Assembly (NCBI RefSeq): GCF_000143415.4
Contig: NW_003314330.1
Coordinates: 124,001 to 188,000, forward strand
DNA from: Selaginella moellendorffii
Lineage: Eukaryota > Plantae > Lycopodiophyta
Length of the DNA stretch: 64,000 nucleotides
Reading direction: 5' to 3'
The notes under the pieces are model-generated. The model was not told where the DNA came from. It searched no databases and worked only from the letters and a program-made list of their open reading frames with translations. Below, one piece after another: positions 1 to 11,699 of this stretch. Made by a program: the position numbers and the translations under genes. Numbering within the stretch: the stretch's first letter is position 1; every line of letters starts with the position of its first letter.

Positions 1-466
1 CCTGTGCAACGCGGTGAATTACCAGAAACTCTCCCCCAAGGCGTGCGCTCACATAGCACAGAACCCGCGGTTTCCTGCTCCCGTGGCCGTGCGTACGCTG
101 TTGGCACAGAAGGAACTTCGCAAGCAAACAGTCTCGAGCCCCGTGAACAACAGTCCCAGCCAGGCCAAGAACATAGATCCGGGAAAGAGTCCAGGCAAAA
201 GTCCAGGCAAGAGTCCACAGAAGATCGACCACCACCAAGAACGAGGAGGAGAAGAAGAAGAGGCGAGCAGGCTTCTTGACGCAGAGCAACAGCAGCAAGC
301 TGGGCCGATCGACCCGAGTGTGTACCGCAGGGCTCTGATGCAAAACGAGGAGCTGCGATGGGGGCTGCGAGCCATGCAAACCAAAGTCACGAATCTGGAG
401 AAGATGTGCAAGTCGATGCGATGCGAGGTGGTGGAATCAGTCCGGATGAAGGGGATGATCTGCTGA
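1..466 (+). CDS. NPH3/RPT2-like (BTB-NPH3 family) protein, 3' end only
   Basis: NYQKLSPKACAHIAQNPRFP matches the NPH3-domain end (KLSxEACxHAAQNxRLP); followed by coiled coil NEELRWGLRAMQTKVTNLEKMC. Confidence 0.8.
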   Translation, partial: LCNAVNYQKLSPKACAHIAQNPRFPAPVAVRTLLAQKELRKQTVSSPVNNSPSQAKNIDPGKSPGKSPGKSPQKIDHHQERGGEEEEASRLLDAEQQQQAGPIDPSVYRRALMQNEELRWGLRAMQTKVTNLEKMCKSMRCEVVESVRMKGMIC

Positions 467-911
467 CAAAGAAGCTGAGACAAATCGAGCCAAGGAGCTT
501 AAGAGAAGGAAGGGAGGGAATGAATCTCGATCTTATCTGCGGGCTTTGGAGCTTGTAGCCGGCGGACGCCATAGCGTGCTCGAAGGAAGCTGGATCACAG
601 GGAAAGAAGAGGCCACCGTGGTAGCTGAAATGGGAGGAGGAGGCGCTCTCCTCCATGGCCAGCAAATCCTGGAAGCGTTGATCGTTTAGGTAGATGACTG
701 GGATCACGAAGCGCTTGCGATCTCGTCCAACGTACACTGCGAGGCTTCCTTTTGGGACCAGTTGTGGCGGCTGCTCTGGCGATGGTGCTCCACAAATAAG
801 GTCCGCGAGGATTCCTCTCATCATCCATCTTCTAGACATTCTCTCCTCTATTCGAACGAATCTCTCTCCGAGCAGGAATAATTTTTGTGGATTTTCTCTT
901 GTTATATCCAT
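387..911 (-). CDS. SAUR-like small auxin-up RNA protein
   Basis: VPKGSLAVYVGRDRKRFVIPVIYLN...F..LL...GGLFFPC SAUR signature; intronless; start ATG at 911 or 839. Confidence 0.8.
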   Translation of the reverse strand: MDITRENPQKLFLLGERFVRIEERMSRRWMMRGILADLICGAPSPEQPPQLVPKGSLAVYVGRDRKRFVIPVIYLNDQRFQDLLAMEESASSSHFSYHGGLFFPCDPASFEHAMASAGYKLQSPQIRSRFIPSLPSLKLLGSICLSFFVSRSSPSSGLIPPPRIASTCTSSPDS

Positions 912-1118
912 GAGGGGATTTTGCAGGCCTGGACGAGACCGTCTATAAACTTTGTCGTTTGGTCGGACGCTTTTTGTACGGGAAAAACGTCTTTCTTTTT
1001 CCTTGATTTTCATGAAAAAAAAACAGGATTGTCGTTTGATCCAATGATAAATCGAATACACTATGACGTATGAACCGTTGGATCCTGCCTATCCAACGGC
1101 TCCTGGGAGATCAGCGCA

Positions 1119-2621
1119 TCACGATCGTAGGAGTCGCACTGGAAGAGTTTCAAACGCCACCTGCACGGACAAACTGGTTGAAAGCTGAATTTATGGCGCA
1201 ATCATGTTACCAATTGTTTTGAGTCGGCCTCGAGTTGCGCGCTCGGCCTCGTGTCGAATGTGATCTTGATGCAAAGCTCGAAGTTCACGGAGAAAGTGCT
1301 GCGCCGACGAAACAGGAGAGAATTACGCAAGCCTGGGAAAGAAAAGAAGGAAAAGCTCGCTGGCTTACTTGGCTGAGAGCGTTGGGCATGTCAAGAGGCG
1401 AGGAAGAATCACGTAGATGGGTATTGCGACGCCTCGGCATACGTCTCCATCGGCTATCTGGTGGAAAATGCGATGCTTAGATGATAGTGTTTAGATTTTT
1501 TGGTTTTCGCTTACTTGTGTTGTTTGGATTTCGGTTCTCTCTGTTGAGCTCCTGTCCGAAACGAGGATGGATTCGACGCGAAAGAGTAGAACGTCGATGG
1601 ACAGCAGTGGAGTGTTCGAGTACTCGACTGTTAGTTCTCCGGTAAGAGGTTCAGAAACGAGGCACTGAGTCGCCACCTTGCCAGTGACCTTGAAACCACC
1701 TTCACCATCGACAGAAGAGTTTTTTTTAGCTGTATGCATGTAGTAGCTTACCTGAACGAATCGCAGGCAAGAGAAAGTGGTTTTGAGTGTCGTGAGTGAT
1801 GTAGAAGCTGACGGATTCCGGCCTTGAGAGAAGCCTCGCTGTTAGAGAAGATCGTCGGAAGAAAAGTAGATTAAGAGAAAGTTTTGTAGTCCCTACCTCG
1901 GTGTCCTTCAACAAAGAACTCAAAGTTTGCGGTGTAAGGCTTTTGTAGATAGCCTCGGACCACCTCTACAATCACTTGATACTGCCAGGGGAAGAGTTGA
2001 GCAAAAGTCACGCGAAAGGGAAATAAGAGTACCTGGATATTGATGTATGCACCGTGATATGTCTCGTATAACACACCCACAACACCGTCTCCCTGGGAGC
2101 TTTGCGACACGTCCAAAGGAAAATCGAAAGCAAGCTGTGGATTTAGGACACGTTAGACGAGAGAGAGAGAGAAAAGAAGACGCAAACCTCAGATTTTCCA
2201 ATGCCAAGTTTTCCTGCTCCGCTCAAGTCCATCGCTTTTTTCCTGGACAAAGCTCTTGAGAAACTCTGGACGGAAACAACCGAGAGAAAAACTTGTACAG
2301 GATCACCATAGGCTTCACGGAGCTGTAAAGAGATTCAATGACACCAACTGCTTTTGGGCTTGGCTGAAAGAAACCATCCAACCATCTAAACAAAAGAAGA
2401 GAAATGGTCCCTCAAACTAGCCTGAATTATGACGGAGCCAAGAGCGGTGAGACGAATCCCTTGATGGCTCAAGCCCGAGAGGCTTGTGATCGTCACTACC
2501 CCGTCCACGACTTCCTGCAAAGACGATCGATCAGCCGAGCAAAGCAAAAGCGCATTTTCACTCTTACCGAAGGTCGATAGATCCGAGAAGCTCTGTGGAG
2601 CTTCACATCGACTCGCGCCAT
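1119..2621 (-). CDS. VPS26C: VPS26C/DSCR3 (retriever subunit, arrestin fold), multi-exon
   Basis: Spliced exons read MARVDVKLHRASRIYRPS / HQGIRLTALGSV / GVIESLYSSVKP / LYETYHGAYINIQY / PLTGELTVEYS...IQTTQ / ...ETLPVRLLRS*. Confidence 0.85.
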
Positions 2622-2716
2622 ACCAACACTACTAGAGCCCTAGTATCTCGAACAAAAAAGAATTGTTTTGTTTCAAAAGAACCAAAGAACCTTGACACTG
2701 TTTCTGATAGCCTTCA

Positions 2717-3856
2717 CTATGATCGATTCAAGCGCTTGAAGATCTGGTCGTATGTCGTGAACATGATCATGCTGGACGGAGCCACCCAGAACATCCTGGA
2801 CGTGATGCCGCAAGTGAAGCCTTTGAATCCCTCGCGTTTCCAGATTGCCTTGGCTGCGTCCACAGCCCCGTTATAGTTCGTCGAGTTTGAGACGTTGCTC
2901 TTTCCCTGGACTTGCAATCTCGTTTTGATCACGTCCTGCGCGAACCAAAGTTAGTGACGCGAAAGGAGAGTAGAGTGACAGCTTACCATGGGATTTGTAA
3001 TCGCTGCTGCGACCGAGGCACTGAAGAAGGAGCTCCCAAGCTCATATCCGATGTCGAGCTTCTCTACGCTGTCTACTTGCGAGTAGCGTGCAGCAAAACG
3101 TTTGCACGTCTCCCACAATGGCAAGTATATGGCATTGTAAGGTCCCCAAACCATTTGTGCCAGGAGAAAACCCCTGTAAAGAGCGGCGAAACCTTCTTGC
3201 CTGTATACTATCTTCACCGTGTCTAGCGAGCCCTGTAGCCACCACTTACTTTGGTCACGATCTAGATGAAATGAGCTCTAAAACAGCAACATACCTTGTA
3301 AGAGCCTTCTCCCGCTCTTTGAACCATTTGTCTCTGCCTAATGATCTCCACAGGTACGTTAATGAGCGATTGAACAAGTGTCGCGGCTAATCCACCGCCG
3401 AATTGAACCACGGGATTATCCTGCCCACCTAGGACCAGAAGTTGTGTTGAGAGTTTCGGTTTTGAGCGAGTAATTTACCTGGAACAATTCGCTTTGTCGT
3501 CTGATAAGTCGCCATATACAGTGCTTGCGCAGTGGCAACCTGAGTAAGCGTCGCATATCCCTTGTACAAGGTTCTCCAACCCTCTTGGCTTGCGATGGTC
3601 TGGATCGCATGCATTGGCCCTTTGTACATATACAGCACAGCACCAGAGTTTCCTGCGCCAGCGGACCCTTGGACCTGCGCATTCGCTCATTTTAGCAAGA
3701 TCCAAGCAACAAAAAGCGAGACCCAAGTACCATCATGCGCGATTTCACAGTCATCATCGGATATGTGATTCCGTCCGCCAGAGTCCCAGCTATCCCAGCT
3801 GACAGCATCTGCCTGAGAAGAACGTTACGAGCTGTGAAGTCCTGTGTCGCCTCCAT
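2717..3856 (-). CDS. Mitochondrial carrier (SLC25) family protein, multi-exon
   Basis: Carrier repeats TYPMMTVKSRM, EGWRTLYKG, EGFAALYRG, TNPM..IKTRLQVQ, EGFKGFTCG..SRMFWVAP. Confidence 0.9.
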
Positions 3857-4133
3857 CGCTGCGACCCAACAAGCTGAAAGGACAATGTGAGCTATGCTTC
3901 GGACAGCCGCACTAAAAAGAGAAAAAGGGGGGAGAGGAAGATCAAAGACCTGGAAAGTAAACCGCCGACAGGGTACCAACACGCAAACCATCAACCTCGC
4001 GACGTGTTTGCCATCCAGAACACCCACGTGTAGCGAATGGGGAGCATACAGGTGTTGCTTGCTCGTGGTGACTCATCTCAAGGATCTCCTGTTAAACGTG
4101 AAGTTAAAACAAAGAAAAGCACAAGACAGTTGC

Positions 4134-6681
4134 TTACGCTGGCTCGATGGAATAAGCCCGACTGAACATGTCGAGGACATCCCGCATACTTGGACGGTCG
4201 ATAGGCAGATCGTTTGTGCAGTGCAAGGCAATCTTTGTGCACATCGTGATTTGATCACGAAAGTTGTAGTCGAGTATCTGTGGGTCCAGCACAGAGTGGA
4301 GCTTATCAGGAAATGCTTGCCTGACCATCGCCTGGAGATTAGAGTCCATTGGCATGGACGCGTCTGGCTTAACGCCAGTCAGAAGCTCCATCATCAGAGT
4401 CCCAAAGCTGTAGACGTCACCAGCTTTTGTTGGAACGGTCGAGAGTGCATACTCTGCTTATCCTTGTAAACAGGAAAAGCTTTTGGTTAGGAAACTGGAC
4501 TAAGAAACAGCAACAATAGAAAAGGAATTCACCTGGTGGCATGTAACCGATCGATCCGCTGAAGGTACCGTCGCTGATAATAGTACTGCTCTGGTTTGCT
4601 AAGCGGACGTCAGTTATGTGTGCGTTGAACTTCTCGTCCAGCAGGACACTGCTTGCCTTGAGATCGCAATGCATCGGGTTAGCGCCTTGCCACTCGCCAT
4701 GAAGATATGCCAAAGCCTGTGCTACTCCTCCAGCTATATCCATTCTGTGGCTCCAAGGCAGGTTTGGATGCATGTCCAGGTTCCCATTCGGCATGTTCTC
4801 GAGAATGAGAACCTTGAGGTTACCGCTGTTGCATGAGCCAAGAACTTGGACAATATTCGGATGCTTGACGTCGAGTAGCAGCTTGCGTTCCAGATTGAAG
4901 TTCGAGTTTGTCTTTGTGTTGTGAAACTCTGGCCGGAGACGCTTCACAGCTACCTGGTTTCCATCCGGAAACACACCTTTGTAGACGGTAGACATGCCTC
5001 CTACACCTATGAGATTAGTGTTGTTGAAGTCGTCGGTGATCATCCGGACCGTTTTGGCAGAGTACTCGCCGTGCGGAAACAACCACATGAAGAGTAACGC
5101 CCCGAGGAGAGCTGTGACGATCGGAACGAACGTTCCTAGCACAGCCTTGGCCCACGTTGGGAAGCCTTTCTTCGGACAGCTTCTCTGGATAACAGCTCCA
5201 CACAGCAAAATGTTGCCAGGAAGAAAGCCATCTGGCGAGAACCGTCTCATTGCAGAAGTGTCCGGGATCTCACCGCTGAGTGCGTTGCTTGCGACGGAGA
5301 AAAGTGCCATATTTGCAGAAGCAAGAGCCCAAGGAATCTTGTTCGTGAGGGAATTTCCGGTGAGGTTGACGGTCTTGAGCTTGGCAGAGTTTCCCAGTTG
5401 AGACGGGATTTCACCTGTCAGACTATTGTATGCCAGCGATAGAAACTCCAGGCTCGGTAGGCTGTCATACACCTGCGGTATAGATCCTACGAAATTGTTC
5501 TCTGCCAGGTCGAGCTCCACAAGACTACTGCTAAATTCGAGAAGAGCGCCTCTTAGGAGATTTGACGACAGATTCAAGGTCTTCAGCGACAGCGAGGCGA
5601 TCTCCGCGGGTATCTTTCCTGTCAAACGGTTGCCAGATAAATCCAGGTAGCTAAGGTAGGCCAGATTTCCAAATCCCCCTGGAATAGTCCCGTTCAGCTG
5701 GTTCTCACCAAGGCGTAAGTCTGTCAAGTTTGTGCATCCCATAATTCCCATGTTGATAGTCCCAGTGATCGCATTCCCTCGCAAGTCCAAAACCGACAAT
5801 GACTGTAGCTTGTTATAGACCGTCGGGATGACGCCTGTCAGCTGATTGTAGCTCATGTTCACGTAGTACAGGTTTGGACAGAATTGAATCTCTACTGGAA
5901 CATCCCCTGTCAAGTTGTTTCCCCCGAGATCCAGCTTCTCGAGCCCAACGAGATAGGAAAGAGTCGAAGGAACCGGCCCCTGGAAGAGATTGGACCCCAG
6001 CAAAAGCTCCTTCAGAGTCGAATTGAAGTGAGTGAGATCTTTGCTGTCGATGACACCCGAGAAGGTGTTGGATCCCAAGTTGAGGGACACGATGTTCTTC
6101 AAGTTGACGAGTATGTCGAGCGGGTAGCCGTTGAAGTTGTTGTGCTCCACGGACAGGTCCGTCATGGCGGTCAGAGAGGACGGAAACATGAGAGTTCCCA
6201 CGAACTGATTGTATCCCAGGTAAATCTTCTGCAGCGAGACAACCGATCCAAGCTCGTTGGGAATGACCGCACTCATAGCGTTGTGGCTCAAGTCCAGCAC
6301 CGTCAACTTCGTGCACTGTCCGATAGCAGCAGGAATGGCCCCCGTGAACCCGTTGTTGGACAGATTCAATTCCCTGAGCTCCGAAAGCGCCCCTATGTTC
6401 GAAGCAACCGGCCCGACTAAGCTCAACCCCGTCAGCTGTATCGAGCTAACTCTATAAGCCGTCAAGTCTGCGCACTTGATCCCGTTCCAAAAGCATGCGT
6501 GTCCCACGGCCGGATCCACTTTCCAGTTGCTCAGCGAAGCGTATGGATCGTTCCATATCTGTGACTTGAACCCCATGAGCGAATACGCATCGTTGAGACT
6601 CAAAGCATCTGGAGCAGCACCTGTGTAATAGACCGCCGCTAAGCCCACCAAAAACACTGTCCACACTGCTAGCCTCCACAT
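4134..6681 (-). CDS. LRR receptor-like kinase with atypical non-RD kinase domain; one intron about 4454-4532
   Basis: Signal peptide, LRRNT, plant LxxLxLxxNxLxGxIP repeats, TM helix, GVGGMSTVYKG/VAVK/HCDLK; second exon EYALST..GDVYSFG..ELLTG. Confidence 0.93.
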
Positions 6682-7077
6682 TTCCGAGCTGACCCTGAGC
6701 TACTAAATCCTGTCCTGGCGTCCCCCAAAACCTTGTTTCTAGCTGGCCAGACGAACTTCCCTGTAATCGGAACTCCATGACCCAAAAGCCGTTGGCATTA
6801 TCATCAGCTTCGAAGAAAAAAACGTTGCGAACTCTACTGACCAGCGCGGGATGGAGACGACGACTCCGTCGATTACAGCCCCGCTCCCGCCACGAGCCCT
6901 AAACTTTTGGATCACGACAATCCAAAATCCAGCATTGAAACGTCGTGTCCCATTGCTGACATGGACGCCGGCACAGTGGAGAAAGGAACTTAAAGTTCTT
7001 TATTACGCCTCGGTAAAGTACATGCAGCCAACAAACAAGTTGACTCGAGAGAGGAGTGAAAGAAAACGACTCATCGT

Positions 7078-9506
7078 TCACCTGGAGAAATCGTATGGGT
7101 TGTGGAACTTGTTGAGGAGGTCTGGTATGTCTTGAGCCAGCATTGTCTCCACCGCTTGTATGAGCTTGGGCTTGTACTTTTCGAACTTGTCGATGTTGTA
7201 GCGGGCAAGTATCTCTCGGAACTTGTCAGGATTTGGCATGTCCCCGGCTGGCAAGTGCAGCTCACGTTGAACCTGCGCGAGCAAACTCGACTCTTAGAGC
7301 TAGGTAGAAAAGAAAACGACGCTTACCTTCGCAAACTCGTCTTCAAGGTTAACCATTAGACGTTGCTGAGCTTTGTTCTTTCCCACCATTGCTGGCATTT
7401 CCTTCTTCAAATGAGCAATGATGTGTGCATGGATCTTAGCAGCGCGAGCTCGCTTTACAAACTCGTTCACCTGAAAGAAAACATTCCCGGCTAGTGAGTA
7501 CTGCCTCAAACCGGCAAACAGACATGTCACCTTCCGATCGCAGGCCTTGCGAGGAATGTCCATCAGATCGATCAGAATGTCACTCTGTTCCTTCTCGAAC
7601 AGCTCCTTCCCAATCGGACCAAGCTTCTCATTCAGAGGCTTATCGTTGAATGAACTGCAAAATGCAAAAACACCATGACTGTCATTGAGATTATAAACAG
7701 TTGCATACCCAATGTAGACGCGCATTACTTCTGGTGTGTTCAGGACCTTTCCCAGAGACCACATGAGCGCGCCATACACTCTCATAAGCTGTCAAAAAGT
7801 TAGTGAGACGATAAAACAACACAGAACCTTCGAGTTACCTGCTGCGTGTCGACCTGATCAGCTTTGTTAAGGACCACTTTTATCTTATCGTCATGGCCGT
7901 GAAGCGAACCAATAACACGCTTGAATTCGTCACTTATGTCGAGCTTATGGGGATCAAACAAGAGGAGTATGAGATCACACTTCGCAGCGAACCATTCGGT
8001 TACACCGGTGAAGTCATAGCTCCGCTGAGTCCTCTGCTTCTCTCCAGACAAGACACCAGGAGTGTCTACAAATGTGATGTGTTCCAGGAGCTATACAATG
8101 AGCTTATATCAGTAAAGACACAGACTCGTAAATCAAAATTTACTTACCGGGTGCGACAACAGAGAGCATTCAAACTTCGTCAGAAACGCAGCTCCAAACT
8201 TCGAAAGTCCAGTAAATGGCATTTCTGACTGGACAACAGCAGTATTTCCAGGAATGGTTCGCTCGTCGGGCCCTCCCTGCGAGCCATGTCCATAAACATA
8301 ACACTTATAAATAGAGGAGCTGAGCTATTTACCATGACCACGATGAAACGATCAGTTGTTGGCTCCGGACCAACGTGGCAGCCTGGAAAAATGTCAGTCG
8401 AGCTTTACAAACTGCGCATCAGCAAACCTGGATAATCGACTTTTAGAAGATGCTTTAAGAACGTGGTCTTTCCCGTGGAGTACTGGCCCAAGAGCATCAC
8501 CATAGGCTTCGCATCAAAGTCGCTCTCGGTCTGCATAAATAACAGCATCAGCCATGCAGTGCCACCGGCAAACAACTTACCAGTGCAGGGAGAACGAAGT
8601 CATTGAATTGATATGCCATTTCGAGAGGCTTCAGTTTTTCGAAGTACAGCTTTTTCAGTCCATCGATTATCGACGTCGCTGTATCTTGCGAGACCTGCAA
8701 AACTAAAAATCTGAGCCCGGTGTATAGAGAACAATGTTTAACCTTCTGCGGGGTTTTCTGAAAGAGCCAGTTTGTAAATGAAGGCTTTGGTTCAACTTCT
8801 GGAAAGACAAAAATATGAGAAAAAAAAAAAAAATAGAGGACCAAGTTCTCAACAATTTACCTTGAACCTCAACTTCGGGAGTTAACTTTCGTCCTTCCTG
8901 AAAAAGAGAACGCAGAGCACATAGTTGATCTTGTGAATTCTGAGCCACTGGCAAACGTACTCTTATATGATCTTCCACAAGCTCCATGCTTGGCATGCCA
9001 ATGTTTTCCCAGTCTGCAAAAGAGTCGTAAGACATTTGCATGAAAGCAGCTTGTTTACCTGTTCTTTTCAAAACATCTCCAGTGAGCTCCACGCCAGATT
9101 GTGCGACGGAAATTATCTAAAAGCTCACACAAAATCTAGAAGGTCCATAGAGAATTCTTGAGATAATTTACCTGCATTGCCGTGATAAATTCTTTCAATC
9201 CAAGGTAGCCCTGCCTGTTTGAGTCTGCCATAGCCCAAACCTGAAGCAGAAAAAAATAATGAAGGTGAAAGACTAGATCACGCTCAGCAAACCTGCTTGA
9301 GGTCCGATTTGGGCAACTTGGACATGGCGAAGAACTTCACAGCGTCTGCTCCGGTAATTCTTCCATCGCCATCTGCGAGATCGATCCCGTAATATCGAAG
9401 CATAAAGGAGTCACAGCAAGATCTTACCGGCATCTACATACTCAAACCAGCGCTTGTAGCCAGCCTCGTCTTGCTTGGAAATCTCTCGCAATGGCAGGGC
9501 CTCCAT
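7078..9506 (-). CDS. EH-domain-containing dynamin-like ATPase (EHD family), many short exons
   Basis: N-terminal EH domain (WFEYVDA.GDGRITG), GQYSTGKT P-loop, GPEPTTDRF, DTPGVLSGEKQR, LLLFDPHKLDISDEF, LMRVYGALMWSLGKVLNTPEV. Confidence 0.92.
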
Positions 9507-9762
9507 TCTCCCCCAAAATCTCCAAGATTGAAGACGATAGACAGATCGAGAGGCGACTCCTCGAGATCTGGAGAACCAGCTACCCTAGCTAGGCGGAGAG
9601 CCGAGACGCTATTCGAAATGAAAGAACCAGAGAGAGAGAGAGATTTTAACCTGATCTATCGCAAGCGTCAGTTGCATTAACCACAGTCCAGCGGCGGAGA
9701 TCGTTTGTCGCCTAAATCCAACGGTCTAGATGTTCTTCCCGTTTGAATTCAAGGCGGCAAGT

Positions 9763-11630
9763 CTATCTGGAGTTCGATTCCCCACAACTTAGGTCATCGA
9801 CGTTATATATCTTAATTAAACTTTCCTTTGGATTCCAAATTATTTGTAGTTTCATTTGCATGGTGGCATGAACATGATAGAGAACAGAAGGCACCGCCAC
9901 AGTCAAGGAGCAGCCCTTAACCATGCAAGGCTGCCTCATTTGGCCTTTGATTTCATCCCTGACTCTTTCACAGACATCGTCAATGCGCGCCAGCAGAGAA
10001 TGCAGTGCCTTGAAGCTTACCGTGATCTCCACAATCGGTATCGAGTCCACGCCGGTCTCGTTTGGCTCGCAGCTGCCTGGGAAGTAGCCAACCCACAGGA
10101 AGGTGAAGAGATCGTAACTTGCCTTGTACTTATTCCTCTTTATCACGTCCCGGAAGTGTTCAACGGTGTTCTTGTGCGGATCCTTGTTCACCGAAATTTG
10201 CATTGCACACAGAGCCTTTTTCCCAAGCACCCGTCCTTCCATCTCTGCGTCAGCAGCTTGGCAATTGAATCTCACCGGGCAATGCGTCAAAGATCTCCCA
10301 CTATGTTCGACGATTACCGTCTCTATACCACCCACAAATGACTCGGCTTTGAATGCCCAGTCGACCCAGCCCTTTCTGTCCCAGTAACGACCAGGTAGTG
10401 GTACAGAGACATGCTGCATTGCCAAGACTAACAACGTTGCTTCCACTGCGTTCCACCCACACCGAGTCATGTTCTTTCCTCCGTCCAACATGGCCACCGA
10501 GACATAACATTCGATATGTGCCACCTGTTCCCAGCCAGTGGCCTGGTAATCTCGAACAACACACCTTGCTGACGCAACAGCACGAAGATAATCACTCACC
10601 TCCTCCAACTCTTGTTTGCCAGGTCGAACGTAAAAGCATCTCGAGCCCATCGTACTTGGAAGTTGTTCAGTGTAGCCACCAGCCAACTGTGCAACGAAGC
10701 CCGTGTACTCTTTTCTGTCCAGCCCAGAGATATACTTTCTCAGTGAAGTTCCCAAGGATTTCAGCTCGTCATCCAGACTGTTCTGGAGGAACAGCTGAAG
10801 CAGGCGGGGATTTTTTCCCGTTTTCTGCAAGACAGCGTCGTCCAGAACCACCCCTGCCAGCTTTGCCACATTTTGAAGCTCAGCCTAAAGTACACAGTTA
10901 GCAAGATGAGAACACAGAGTCTTACTCGCCTCCTCGTATCACCAGCGACCACCAGATACTCTGGGTGACTTGGCCTAGTCAGGCTTAGCCTAACATCACT
11001 GCTACATGAGCAGCAGTAGATCACAGCACGCTTTGTCTCTAGCGAGGCTGTCTTTTCTCTCTGTAAAGCTGTATCGATTAGTCCCTTCCGTTGCTCATCC
11101 AATTCGTCAAAGTCATCCACAAGAAACATCATTTTGGGCTGAGACTGAAGCCAGATTTCCGTCCTCAAACTAGATATCTGTTCCGGCACTTGTTCCCCTT
11201 TGCAGAATGCAAGGCGGACAGCATGTCTCAAACAACCATCAAAGTCGGCAATTAGTAACTTTGCAAAAAGATAAACAACCAGATAGGGCTTTGTGCTATA
11301 AATATCCAGCTGCCACCACCATGCAAAACGTTTTCCCTTCACCCAGCGGACCAGTCACGATCCCTCATACACCCATGATAATTGCTCCTCGAGCAACTTG
11401 AGCAACTTAAGCTTGCCTTCCACATCCCAGATGTCGACAGCTGATGCTGAGGCATTGGCATCTTCTCCTTCTCCCATGAGCTTGCTCAGAAAGCTTATGA
11501 CACTCTTGAAACATGTTCTTCCCCTGTTTCTGTAGAGGGATGGGACCACCAGCATCTGGACACTACCGGGATTTGAAAGTGCATCAAAGTCGCCACAATA
11601 TACCTCTGCAAGAGCTTTCCATGCACTTAC
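9763..11630 (-). pseudogene. Frameshifted P-loop NTPase + restriction-endonuclease-like gene (Crinkler/CR-effector-like architecture)
   Basis: Walker A IVTGPLGEGKT at about 11330-11360 lies in a frame the ORF track misses; Walker B MFLVDDFDEL; C-terminal PVRFNCQAADA...AMQISVNKDPH; frameshifts and stops near 11290-11360. Confidence 0.5.
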
Positions 11631-11699
11631 CCTCTTCCTCCACATAATATCCAGAAATCTAAAGCACCCTCTAACCTTGGATCACTTAGGCAGTGAGAA

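Noticed and set aside
5813-6457. Alternative-frame ORFs within the LRR-RLK, and similar ones within the PPR, LRR and ABCG genes
   Set aside because: Shadow ORFs of GC-rich coding sequence.
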